The notes under the pieces: model-generated
What the model was told of the DNA's origin: nothing
Seen by the model: only the letters and a program-made list of their open reading frames with translations
Database searches by the model: none
DNA from: a virus
Lineage: Duplodnaviria; Caudoviricetes
Direction: 5' to 3' (one strand)
Virus record (IMG/VR): IMGVR_UViG_3300005686_000008
DNA length: 64,000 bases
Position numbers and translations under genes: made by a program
Part shown: in pieces, positions 46,721-55,517 of the stretch
How the letters are laid out: each line of letters starts with the position of its first letter
How positions within the stretch are numbered: position 1 is the stretch's first letter

Positions 46721-47371
46721 ATGAACACTGATCTCATTAAGACCTTTTACGAGACGACTGCGGGCGACCGCAACCGTCTCTTTTCATTCGTAGTAAAGCC
46801 TGACGGAACTCCTATGGAGTTTCATCAATTCATTGCCGAGCAAAAACTTCAAATATCTATAATTGAAGATTCTTTTGTAGTAATACCAGGAAGTTTCAAT
46901 CCCCTTCATGACGCTCATAGAAGGTTTTTTGATAATGCTCCAAAAAACTATGGGAATAGTTGGCGCAAAGTTGTAGCAGTTTTTGAATTGTCTATTCATA
47001 GAAAAGATAAAGAATTTCTTCCTTTTGAAGAGATGGCAAAGAGAATTGAACAGTTTAGAGGATATGCGCCTGTTTGGGTAACAAATGCCTGCTATTTCAT
47101 TGAAAAAGCAGGACTTAGTATTCCTATTTGTCCTTTTTTTGAAATTGGATTTGATACTGCTGAAAGATTAATTTCTGACCACGGGGTAATTGGAGTTCAA
47201 GGTATAGATGCTAAATTTACAGTCAATCCAAGAGAAATTAATGGAAAACTTTGGACTATTGATGATTTGAAAGTTCAGTTTGGAATTACTCCTTACAATA
47301 TGCATCCTTCTCTTACTGTTTATGATACAGTAGGGATAAGTTCAACGGGTATTAGGAATGGTGTAAAATGA
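46721..47371 (+). CDS. HxGH nucleotidyltransferase (NadD/NMNAT-like)
   Basis: PGSFNPLHDAH, FELS...DK, IGFDTAERL, ISSTGIR. Confidence 0.7.
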   Translation: MNTDLIKTFYETTAGDRNRLFSFVVKPDGTPMEFHQFIAEQKLQISIIEDSFVVIPGSFNPLHDAHRRFFDNAPKNYGNSWRKVVAVFELSIHRKDKEFLPFEEMAKRIEQFRGYAPVWVTNACYFIEKAGLSIPICPFFEIGFDTAERLISDHGVIGVQGIDAKFTVNPREINGKLWTIDDLKVQFGITPYNMHPSLTVYDTVGISSTGIRNGVK

Positions 47372-47988
47372 TTATTGGCGAATCCCCATATAGTGTTGTT
47401 GCAACGAAATGGCATACATGGTTCTGCGAAGGACCGTACCAGAGCGGTAAGCAATGGAAAACCGAAAAAGAAGCCATTGATGAATGCAATCTTCTTAATT
47501 CTGTATATAACACTGGAGCAGCTAAAACGCATTCTGTTTCAGATGTTATGGTTTGTAAACTTCCTTATCAGGATGATTTCTTTGTTCATGCCCAAATGGA
47601 CGGGAAAGATGTATGGCTTTGTCAAGATGGAACTTGGACATTCAATGAAACTGATGAAAAAGTTTCTCTTCCGGGAAATACTGGCTTGAAGATGCTGGTT
47701 GAAAATAAAGACCTTGCCAAACTTGAAAGTGACATTGCCAACGCCTATCGTTGTGCTAAAGAGTACGTTCCAGATTACCCTTGGGACGATTCTCGCCAAA
47801 CTGCCTCCCAAGCGGTTTGGGCTTGCGGAGAATCGTATAGCGGAGTATGTAAGGCTTGCGAGGATTGGCAAAGACTTTTCAAGCATTTTGCCCCTGATGC
47901 TTATTCTAGGCTTTTGAGTACAAGTACCAGAGAGTATATTGAACTAGTCAAAAAACTAGAAGAGCAGGAAAAAAAGAATGAATCGTAA
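47368..47988 (+). CDS. hypothetical protein
   Basis: ATGA overlap. Confidence 0.6.
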   Translation: MIIGESPYSVVATKWHTWFCEGPYQSGKQWKTEKEAIDECNLLNSVYNTGAAKTHSVSDVMVCKLPYQDDFFVHAQMDGKDVWLCQDGTWTFNETDEKVSLPGNTGLKMLVENKDLAKLESDIANAYRCAKEYVPDYPWDDSRQTASQAVWACGESYSGVCKACEDWQRLFKHFAPDAYSRLLSTSTREYIELVKKLEEQEKKNES

Positions 47989-48913
47989 AGGCCTATGTTG
48001 TATTCATGTCGGATTACAAAAGTCTGGCTCCAAGTTTCAAACGATGACTTGGAGCAGATTTTCTCAAATAGGCCGAACCGCTGCCCTACCTATTTTGGCG
48101 GAAAGATATAAAAACAACCTTTCTATTATTTTGAAGATTCTTCATTGTTGCGCGCAAAAGGGCTGGTGCTATAGAGTTAGCAGCGATATCTTTCCCCTCA
48201 TGACTCATCCAGAGGCTAATCTAAAATGGGAAGATATTCCCAATCATGATGAACTAACCCGTCTTTTTCTTTCTTGCGCAAAAGAAATCTATACCAATAA
48301 TATTCGAGTTTCATGTCATCCAGACCAATTCAATGTTCTCGCTAGTCTAAATGACAAGTCTGTTGCTCAAACTATTACCGAACTTAATCATCATGGCTGG
48401 TTCATGGAACGCTTAGATAGCACAGGCTATCATTCTCCCATCAACATCCACCTTAATTGTTCTAGCGGAGACCCCAAAGAAATAGCCAAAAGGTTTAAGG
48501 ATGGTTTAGATAGGCTTGATAAGCATACTAAGCCTCGGTTGGTTATTGAAAACGAAGATAAAGGCATTTGGAATGTTCGCAATCTTATTGAACATATCCA
48601 CGAACTCACTGGAGTTCCCATTACATTTGATTATTTACATCATAAATGTAATGATGGCGGTTTGACAGAAAAAGAGGCTTTTGAGCTTTGTATTCAGACA
48701 TGGGGTAAGACTAGACCATTGTTTCATTTCTCAGAATCTTTACCTGGTCAGAAGAATCTTAGGAAGCACGCTGACTATCCGACCTATGTACCTGATACTT
48801 ATGGGTATGAAATTGACCTAGATTACGAGTTCAAGCAAAAAGATTTAGCTCTCGAAAGAGCAGAAAAAATAGCCCAAAACCTTGCAGGTGAAGAGTTGCA
48901 GGCTAAACTTTAG
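47978..48913 (+). CDS. uvsE: UV DNA damage endonuclease
   Basis: YRVSSDIFP, HPDQFNVL, INIH, LVIENED, FDYLHH, HFSES, HAD, EFKQKD. Confidence 0.92.
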   Translation: MNRKGLCCIHVGLQKSGSKFQTMTWSRFSQIGRTAALPILAERYKNNLSIILKILHCCAQKGWCYRVSSDIFPLMTHPEANLKWEDIPNHDELTRLFLSCAKEIYTNNIRVSCHPDQFNVLASLNDKSVAQTITELNHHGWFMERLDSTGYHSPINIHLNCSSGDPKEIAKRFKDGLDRLDKHTKPRLVIENEDKGIWNVRNLIEHIHELTGVPITFDYLHHKCNDGGLTEKEAFELCIQTWGKTRPLFHFSESLPGQKNLRKHADYPTYVPDTYGYEIDLDYEFKQKDLALERAEKIAQNLAGEELQAKL

Positions 48914-49005
48914 ACGGAAAAATGGTGAGCAGATTCAAGTTCTACAGAAAACTAGCCGATAGAGACTACGAGGACGCCTACCAACGCACTCAAGACAATC
49001 AAAAA

Positions 49006-49092
49006 GGCTTTGGCCGAAGGAATGACGGTTAACAACCCCACCACTTAGGAGTTCTGCCGTAAGGCTTCCGTTGTCCACCCCTTGCCTCAGCC
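49006..49092 (+). ncRNA. Y RNA-like element 1
   Basis: GGCT..GGC-CG-AAG / CTT-GCC..AGCC bulged terminal helix; second stem GGAATGACGG/CCGTTGTCC; GGTTAAC. Confidence 0.7.
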
Positions 49093-49133
49093 ATTTCTTG
49101 CTGATTCAGGTCTAACGATCTGGAAGAAGCATT

Positions 49134-49264
49134 AGTTCCGAGTCGAAGCATTTTAGGTTAACAACGTTTGGGTTTCAGTAGCTTTCTATGACGCAGATAA
49201 AGAAGGTAATCCCGAAAGGGCTTCCCAATACTCTGCACTCCTAAAGGCATCCCTTACTCGGACT
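49134..49264 (+). ncRNA. Y RNA-like element 2
   Basis: TCCGAGT-CG-AAG / CTT-ACTCGGA; second stem GCATTTTAGG/CCTAAAGGC; GGTTAAC. Confidence 0.75.
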
Positions 49265-49308
49265 TTGAATAGCAAGGCTCTAAAAGAGAAATCTAATAGA
49301 GCTTATTT

Positions 49309-49386
49309 GAGAAGATAGAAGTCGAAGGTAGAAGGTTAACATATTGCAAAAAAGACCTTTTGCCACCAACTTACTTCTAGCTTTTC
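49309..49386 (+). ncRNA. Y RNA-like element 3
   Basis: TAGAAGT-CG-AAG / CTT-ACTTCTA; second stem GGTAGAAGGTT/GACCTTTTGCC; GGTTAAC. Confidence 0.75.
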
Positions 49387-49402
49387 TTGACAATTGAATA
49401 AT

Positions 49403-49525
49403 GCGCCTGTAGTGTAATGGCTAGCACGCTAAAACATCCTGACCAATTACTTACCGAACAGGTCGAACGGAAAGGGTTATCTCTATATCCCAGAGGTAGT
49501 TTGGGTTCGAATCCCAACGGGCGCT
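49403..49525 (+). ncRNA. tRNA-like Y RNA (YrlA-like, circularly permuted)
   Basis: Acceptor GCGCCTG/CGGGCGC, D arm GTG..TAATGGCTAG..CAC, T arm TTGGG-TTCGAAT-CCCAA; anticodon arm replaced by CTTACC-GAACA-GGTCGAACGG module. Confidence 0.75.
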
Positions 49526-49550
49526 TTGTAAACGAATGTTGGAAGTTACA

Positions 49551-49585
49551 TACTTCAGTAATAGTTACTGAAGTCGAATAAGGAG
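49551..49585 (+). promoter_or_regulatory. Ro-site-like hairpin abutting the ro60 Shine-Dalgarno
   Basis: ACTTCAGTAA-TAG-TTACTGAAGT-CGAA-T-AAGGAG. Confidence 0.5.
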
Positions 49586-49592
49586 ATTGCAA

Positions 49593-51293
49593 ATGGCAAA
49601 CTATGGAAAGTTGACTGGTTCTCTTAGCTCCAAGACCCCAAAGGCTACCCCTCAGACGGTACAGACTCCTGGAACCGTTCAGAATAACGCCGGTGGTTTC
49701 GTTTTTGAGATTAATAAGTGGGACCGCCTGGACCGCTTCCTGATCCTCGGTACGGATGGGGCAACCTATTACTGTACTGAGCGCAAGATGACTCTTGATA
49801 ATGCTAAGAACGTTATTGAGTGCATTAAGGAGGATGGTCTGCGCACCGTTCAGCGCATCGTTGAAATCAGCGATGCTGGTCGCGCTCCAAAGAACGACCC
49901 TGCCTTGTTTGCTCTTGCGCTTTGCGCAGGTCATGATTCGGCTACGCCCGAGACTCGTCGCGCTGCTCTTGCTGCGCTTCCGAAGGTTGCTCGTATTGGA
50001 ACTCACTTGTTCCAGTTCGCGCACTTCGTTGACGGTTTCCGTGGTTGGGGTTCTGGTCTTCGTAACGCTATCGCCAACTGGTATAACGGTATGAAGCCTG
50101 ACCGCTTGGCTCTTCAGGTTGTCAAGTATCCTCAGCGCACCGCAGAAGAGGGTAACTCCAAGTCTTCCTGGTCGCATGATGACTTGCTTCGCAAGTGTCA
50201 CGCAAGGGGCGACGAGCTTCACAATATGATCTATGCTTATGTAACTCGCGAAGGCAAGTTGCCTGACCCTGTACCTGAGCAGCTTGTTATCCTTGAGGGT
50301 GCAAGCAAGATCAAGGGTCAGACTAACCCGAGCATCGTTGCTTCTCTTGTCGAGGAGTACCAGCTTCCTCACGAGCTGATCCCGAAGGAAGTCGCTAACG
50401 ATCCGAAGGTATGGCAGGCTCTCTTGCCTCACATGCCTATCACCGCTACTATGCGCGTTCTCAACCGCCTTACTTCGTATGGAGTTCTTAAGCCGTTCTC
50501 CAGCGAACTCAAGATGGTTACTGAGCGCTTGACCAACGTTGAGCAGATCAAGAAGGGTCGCGTTCACCCGTTGGCCGTTCTTGGCGCTCTCAAGACTTAC
50601 TCCGCAGGTCGCGGAGTTCGCGGAAGCCTTACCTGGTCGCCAATCGCCCAGGTATCTGACGCTCTCAACGAGATGCTTTACCTTGCGTTCGACGCAATCG
50701 AGCCAACTGGTAAGAACATCCTTTTGGGTCTTGACGTTTCTGGTTCTATGACCGGCGGTAGCGTTGGTGGACTTGACTTCGTTACGCCTCGCGAGGCATC
50801 TGCTGTTATGGCGATGGTTACGGCGCGCAGCGAAAAGAACTGGCACGTTATCGGCTTCACTTCTGGCGGATATTCCTACGAGAAGGGAACTTCTGGTAGG
50901 TATGGTTTCGGCGGGAACTACGGAGTTACCGAAATCAATATCAGCCCGAAGGACAAGCTTGATACGGTTTGCAACAAGATTGAGAAGCTTCCAATGGGAG
51001 GTACTGATTGTGCCCTGCCGATCATGTATGCTCTTGAGAAGGGTCTTAATGTTGACGCCTTCGTTACCTACACGGATAACGAGACTTGGGCTGGTTCTAT
51101 CAAGCCTCACGAGGCTTTGAAGATGTATCGCAATCAGCGTAACCCGCAGGCGAAGGTGATTGCGGTTGGTATGACGGCTACGGAGTACAGCATCGTTGAC
51201 GAGAACGACGCAGGTTCTATGAACTTCGTTGGATTCGACACGAGCGCCCCGGCTCTCATGGCGGACTTCATCCGTAAGGATTTGCGCCGCTAA
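49593..51293 (+). CDS. rsr: Ro60/TROVE-domain RNA-binding protein (Rsr)
   Basis: NNAGGFVF..RFLILGT.G.TYY, RIGTHLF.F..RGWG, LLRKCH, MPITATMRVL, vWA LDVSGSM, GGTDCALP, TDNETW, GFD; SD AAGGAG. Confidence 0.95.
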   Translation: MANYGKLTGSLSSKTPKATPQTVQTPGTVQNNAGGFVFEINKWDRLDRFLILGTDGATYYCTERKMTLDNAKNVIECIKEDGLRTVQRIVEISDAGRAPKNDPALFALALCAGHDSATPETRRAALAALPKVARIGTHLFQFAHFVDGFRGWGSGLRNAIANWYNGMKPDRLALQVVKYPQRTAEEGNSKSSWSHDDLLRKCHARGDELHNMIYAYVTREGKLPDPVPEQLVILEGASKIKGQTNPSIVASLVEEYQLPHELIPKEVANDPKVWQALLPHMPITATMRVLNRLTSYGVLKPFSSELKMVTERLTNVEQIKKGRVHPLAVLGALKTYSAGRGVRGSLTWSPIAQVSDALNEMLYLAFDAIEPTGKNILLGLDVSGSMTGGSVGGLDFVTPREASAVMAMVTARSEKNWHVIGFTSGGYSYEKGTSGRYGFGGNYGVTEINISPKDKLDTVCNKIEKLPMGGTDCALPIMYALEKGLNVDAFVTYTDNETWAGSIKPHEALKMYRNQRNPQAKVIAVGMTATEYSIVDENDAGSMNFVGFDTSAPALMADFIRKDLRR

Positions 51294-51319
51294 CCGTTCT
51301 ACAGGCTAAACTTTCACAT

Positions 51320-51350
51320 GCCCCTCGGTGGACTCCATCGAGGGGCTTTT
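51320..51350 (+). terminator. intrinsic terminator
   Basis: GCCCCTCGGTGG-ACT-CCATCGAGGGGC-TTTT. Confidence 0.8.
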
Positions 51351-51372
51351 CATTTAAGCCGACAATTTTGCA

Positions 51373-51774
51373 ATGCTACCTCCATATAAACCCTTTGACT
51401 TTAATTCACCTGAAAAGGCGATGATTTACTATGCTAATGACGGCAAAAGCCCTCCCTGGGGTTCTTATCCTTGCGTAGCATGCAGAGGAAAGGGATGGGA
51501 TTATGACCCAGACGACCCTCCCGATCCAGTCGAAGGATATAAACTTGTACGAAGATTGAAATGCAGCAAGTGTAAAGGTCAAAAATATTCAACCTCGGCA
51601 GAAGATAAAGCTGGCTTTGAAAACTTCATAGAAGAAAGCAGAAGAAACTATGAAGCCAAAGTAAAAGAATATGAAAATCACACCAAAACTGTAGCAGAAG
51701 CTTTATCCAAACTTAACGAAGTCGAAATAAACGCTCTTAAGAAAGAATGGACCAAAAGGAATTTTCAATTATGA
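51373..51774 (+). CDS. protein with DnaJ-type zinc-finger motifs
   Basis: CVACRGKG, CSKCKG. Confidence 0.55.
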   Translation: MLPPYKPFDFNSPEKAMIYYANDGKSPPWGSYPCVACRGKGWDYDPDDPPDPVEGYKLVRRLKCSKCKGQKYSTSAEDKAGFENFIEESRRNYEAKVKEYENHTKTVAEALSKLNEVEINALKKEWTKRNFQL

Positions 51775-52169
51775 AAACCACTAGATGTCAAGACTGCTTA
51801 TCTGAGTTTACGGATAAAGAAATAGAGGGAGCAACAAGTTGCCCTTCTTGTAACTCGACTAGAAGGCCTATTTGGATATCTGAAGATGTTCTTCTTCCTA
51901 TAAACTGGCATGAGCTTCGCTGTTTGACCATATGGGCATCAAACTGGGCAGAAACCTTTCCAGATGATGAAGATCATAATGACTCAAAGATTTGGTTCCA
52001 GAGACTTCTAAACAGGATTAATAAGCTCAGACCTCCCGGTGGAGGGGCTTTAACTTTGGTACAGGAAGTGAAAGAACTCCAAAGGTTCTTTCCTTCTGCC
52101 GAGTTGATAGATGGAAAAGGAACAACCATAGTTCCTCCAAAAGAAGAAATAGAAAGGAAAGAAGAATGA
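51771..52169 (+). CDS. zinc-ribbon protein
   Basis: CQDC..CPSC. Confidence 0.55.
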   Translation: MKTTRCQDCLSEFTDKEIEGATSCPSCNSTRRPIWISEDVLLPINWHELRCLTIWASNWAETFPDDEDHNDSKIWFQRLLNRINKLRPPGGGALTLVQEVKELQRFFPSAELIDGKGTTIVPPKEEIERKEE

Positions 52170-52402
52170 AAATTGCTATTGTTGTAACCAAAAAGGGTAG
52201 GATTTGCCCTGATTATGGATTTTGGCCCGATCCTGAAGAGGCTTTCAGAAGTCTTGTTGAAATGAGTGAAAATGGCAATAAAGCCTTAGAGAAACATAAT
52301 GTTATTGTTTATGATCTCAAGAAGCTTGTTAGCTTTCTTGCTCCCGATAAAACAATTCCTGGCGTTGATTCAGACTATTATGAAGTAGAGGAAGAAGAAT
52401 GA
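52166..52402 (+). CDS. hypothetical protein
   Basis: ATGA overlap. Confidence 0.55.
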   Translation: MKIAIVVTKKGRICPDYGFWPDPEEAFRSLVEMSENGNKALEKHNVIVYDLKKLVSFLAPDKTIPGVDSDYYEVEEEE

Positions 52403-52716
52403 AAAAGATTCTTGCAGTTTCGTTTTTGGCTATTCTAATTTCTGGTTGTATATCTGCCAAAAAACAAAAGAATCCTCTTGAAGATATTGCAAACCCGCAT
52501 GTTATTGTAAAACCAGGAAGCGTTGTAACAATAAGCGTAGAAAATATGTTTATTTATGATGCCAAAGATGTCTGTATTGATATATGTAAAGACGGAGAAA
52601 TAGTTGTTACTTTTACTGAAGTTTCTACAGGCAATAGATGCTCGGTATGGGGTGACGTACAAGTTGTTAACTTGTCTGAGAGCGAATGGAAAGTTAGAGA
52701 TTATTCGAGAGAATAA
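52399..52716 (+). CDS. putative lipoprotein
   Basis: MKKILAVSFLAILISG|C lipobox. Confidence 0.6.
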   Translation: MKKILAVSFLAILISGCISAKKQKNPLEDIANPHVIVKPGSVVTISVENMFIYDAKDVCIDICKDGEIVVTFTEVSTGNRCSVWGDVQVVNLSESEWKVRDYSRE

Positions 52717-52718
52717 AA

Positions 52719-53384
52719 ATGAAATGCAAAGTTGTACGAAAAGAGAAATGGAATGTATGGGGAATGAATGATGGTTCCCTTTATATATTTCATGAAGACG
52801 ACTTCGATGGAGACGTATTCAAAAATCTCAAGGTCGGGGATGAAATAAATAACAAAAACTATTGGTATAAGATGAACCGCAAAACGCTTAGCAAGGTTCT
52901 TAAATCAATAAAGCCAAAGAAAAAGAAAAACTACAACAAGGCTATGGTCTTTCTTGATAATCCAATAAAGGTCCAACATAAGACAAATTCTTTTGGCGGC
53001 ATTCCTGACGGTTCTGTAGTTAAAGCCTACCTTATCGCCTCAAAGGGCGGGCAGCACCTTATTTATTGCGCGAAAGACTGTTTCTTTGATGGAGAAATTG
53101 ATAGCGGAACAGGTTCTGTAAATATATGCGTAAAGAGGGGAAACTACTACTATGGCAAATACAAAAATGACAACATTATGAGAGGATGGAGGAATGTTGG
53201 CGAAGAAAGCATTGCCGAATTCCTTAACCGATTCCTTGATGGTTTACTTGGAGACTATTATGAAGAAGAGGATCTTGTAAGCAAATACACAGATACTCAG
53301 CTCAATAAGGTCTTCAAGAAGATTGATGCTATTGAGTTAGCTGAAGCAAAAAAGCAACTGGCAAAGCATAAAAAGGAAGAATAA
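52719..53384 (+). CDS. hypothetical protein
   Basis: Packed ORF. Confidence 0.6.
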   Translation: MKCKVVRKEKWNVWGMNDGSLYIFHEDDFDGDVFKNLKVGDEINNKNYWYKMNRKTLSKVLKSIKPKKKKNYNKAMVFLDNPIKVQHKTNSFGGIPDGSVVKAYLIASKGGQHLIYCAKDCFFDGEIDSGTGSVNICVKRGNYYYGKYKNDNIMRGWRNVGEESIAEFLNRFLDGLLGDYYEEEDLVSKYTDTQLNKVFKKIDAIELAEAKKQLAKHKKEE

Positions 53385-53614
53385 TGATAGTCGCAAAAAC
53401 TACGCCTACAGATCAAGGTGTTATAATTGACTTCTTTGATGAAGATGGCGATTCCGTATCAATATGTTTGTCGGTAGAAGATGCATCTAAGTTCAAAGAA
53501 GACCTATCAGTGGCGATAGAAGAGGCAAAGAGATTGGTTCCAAGAACAGACAATCCAACTCCCGGATATGCGGGGGAGCCAACAGATATAAACTTTGGAG
53601 GGAGTGATTTCTAA
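53384..53614 (+). CDS. hypothetical protein
   Basis: TAATG overlap. Confidence 0.55.
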   Translation: MIVAKTTPTDQGVIIDFFDEDGDSVSICLSVEDASKFKEDLSVAIEEAKRLVPRTDNPTPGYAGEPTDINFGGSDF

Positions 53615-53829
53615 TGTCATTTACGATTCTTGTTACATGCGAAAATATTGGCGGAGTAGAATTCAAGAACTATGAAGGCATAGTTACTCTTGAAAAGGTT
53701 CAAAACGTAGACATTGATAGTTACAATATTGAAGCCCTTGTTGAAATGATAGGTCAAGATAGAGTTCTTGATGCTATTGGTAGAGAAGCGGTTATAAAGT
53801 ATTTTGACATTGAAGAAAAGGATGAATAA
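53614..53829 (+). CDS. hypothetical protein
   Basis: TAATG overlap. Confidence 0.55.
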   Translation: MSFTILVTCENIGGVEFKNYEGIVTLEKVQNVDIDSYNIEALVEMIGQDRVLDAIGREAVIKYFDIEEKDE

Positions 53830-54269
53830 TGGATTTGCGCAAGAAAATAAAGGTGTCTTCGTATCATCGAATCAATATTCCGCTTGGAGAGTCTTATACC
53901 GTTGACGATGAAGATGGTAATGAAACAACTGAATACGGGACAGTTGATAGGACTACTTTATCTGAGATTCTTTCTGAAATTGAAACATTAGGTATTCCTA
54001 GTTCAGAGTTTGAAAATATTCACATTTTTATTGATTATGAAAACCGTCATGATCCATCAATAACAGTTGAATATAGAAAACAAAAGACTCAAGAAGAGAT
54101 GGACAAGGAAATGGAATCCCTGCGTAAGGAATACGAAAAGAAACAGAAAGATAAAGAAAGAGCGCATCAGGAAAAGATGAAGAAGAAATCTGAAAAGCAG
54201 AAGATTATTGCTTCTCTTACGCCAGAACAGAGAAAGGCTTTAGGGTACGATGGCAACTCCTTATCCTAA
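53829..54269 (+). CDS. hypothetical protein
   Basis: TAATG overlap; C-terminal LTPEQRKALG. Confidence 0.6.
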   Translation: MDLRKKIKVSSYHRINIPLGESYTVDDEDGNETTEYGTVDRTTLSEILSEIETLGIPSSEFENIHIFIDYENRHDPSITVEYRKQKTQEEMDKEMESLRKEYEKKQKDKERAHQEKMKKKSEKQKIIASLTPEQRKALGYDGNSLS

Positions 54270-54576
54270 ACTAGTGGCATCTCTAACTCACATGCATGAT
54301 GCTTGGGTTGTTGGTAGCGCCGCAGACCCAGGAAATGAGAAGCCGAGAGATTGGGATGTTATGGTTCCTTTTTCCCAGTGGAATGCCGCTTCACAACTCA
54401 TTCCAAAAGATGCAAAACCAAACACCTTTGGTGGTTGGAAGGTAAAAACGGAAGAAGGCGACGAAATTGATGTATGGCCCGGAGAACTAGGGGTTCTGAT
54501 GCAAAATGCCAAAGCGAGGTATGCGTGGCACGTTAGGACCGGAACGAGGCTATTAGTTCAAAGAGATTCTCAATGA
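54250..54576 (+). CDS. minimal Pol-beta-type nucleotidyltransferase-like protein
   Basis: WVVGSAA..PRDWDV..EIDVW (GS, DxD, D). Confidence 0.55.
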   Translation: MATPYPKLVASLTHMHDAWVVGSAADPGNEKPRDWDVMVPFSQWNAASQLIPKDAKPNTFGGWKVKTEEGDEIDVWPGELGVLMQNAKARYAWHVRTGTRLLVQRDSQ

Positions 54577-54992
54577 TTTTTACAAGAGAAAAGCTCACAG
54601 ATGAGTTTTGCAACATTGCCGCCTTTATGGACGAAAATGCAGAACTGGTATTAGAATTGTACAATAAAGCCTTGATGTTGAACCTTGATGCACCAGAAAC
54701 TGGAGCAGAAAGTCACGGCATTCTTTGCACAATTGTGGCTGTTTGTTTGCTTTCAAACGAAGAAGACCCCAAGTATCCTCTTTCTTATGAAGAAGAAGAT
54801 TTACAACGCATTGCTGAGGTTGCCGAGGGTGTTGACTTCTTAGTTACTCTTCAAAGTATGGTTAATAACGGTTCTATTATAGAGAGTAAAATAGACGGCA
54901 GGATTCATTACACAACAGCCCCGGAGAAGATTGCAAATGGCAACAAGAAAGCCCGTAAAAGCAAAACCAGTAGCAAGAAAAAGAAGAAGTAA
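54573..54992 (+). CDS. hypothetical protein
   Basis: ATGA overlap. Confidence 0.55.
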   Translation: MIFTREKLTDEFCNIAAFMDENAELVLELYNKALMLNLDAPETGAESHGILCTIVAVCLLSNEEDPKYPLSYEEEDLQRIAEVAEGVDFLVTLQSMVNNGSIIESKIDGRIHYTTAPEKIANGNKKARKSKTSSKKKKK

Positions 54993-55233
54993 TACAAAGT
55001 TCAAGTGGTACGACAAGAAAGATACTTCCTTTCTTGCCATAAAGAACAAATACGGCGATGAATACAATGTTCCCATCTACAGAGTAGATGGAGAAACTAT
55101 ATATACTTTCGAGATAATAGGCCCCATTTCTGCTATTGATAGCGGCGAAGGAAAAACTATCAAGGAATGCAAAATGAAGGCCATTAAAATCCTCGCCTCC
55201 TTTTTGAACATCAAGAACATGGTGAACGCATGA
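54937..55233 (+). CDS. hypothetical protein
   Basis: SD GGAG; basic N-terminus. Confidence 0.5.
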   Translation: MATRKPVKAKPVARKRRSNTKFKWYDKKDTSFLAIKNKYGDEYNVPIYRVDGETIYTFEIIGPISAIDSGEGKTIKECKMKAIKILASFLNIKNMVNA

Positions 55234-55514
55234 GTAGGGTCAAGAAGAACATACAAGTTGGACAGTATTGGCGAGTCAAGTACAGGAAGTATGAAGATAT
55301 TGTTCTCGTAAAAGAAGTCGTTCCCGAAGAAGACGGATTTTCATGTATCGTTTCTCAGGATATTGATAGACCATATGTTAACTACTTTTCTGGAGAACTC
55401 TTCAAGGAACAAGACTTTGTTGAGCAGTTAGATAAAAAGTGCTTTTATATATCAAGGTCTAAATTCCTTATGGAAGAAACAACAAAATGCTTAAAAATAG
55501 CAGCAAAGGAGTAA
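55230..55514 (+). CDS. hypothetical protein
   Basis: ATGA overlap. Confidence 0.55.
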   Translation: MSRVKKNIQVGQYWRVKYRKYEDIVLVKEVVPEEDGFSCIVSQDIDRPYVNYFSGELFKEQDFVEQLDKKCFYISRSKFLMEETTKCLKIAAKE

Positions 55515-55517
55515 GTT

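Noticed and set aside
48914-49590. CRISPR array
   Set aside because: Repeated motifs are short, degenerate, irregularly spaced and conserved in structure rather than sequence; no cas genes
49377-51110. 577-aa minus-strand ORF (also 62774..63742, 36581..37234 and similar)
   Set aside because: Antisense shadows of well-supported + strand genes with biased codon usage; no motifs or RBS
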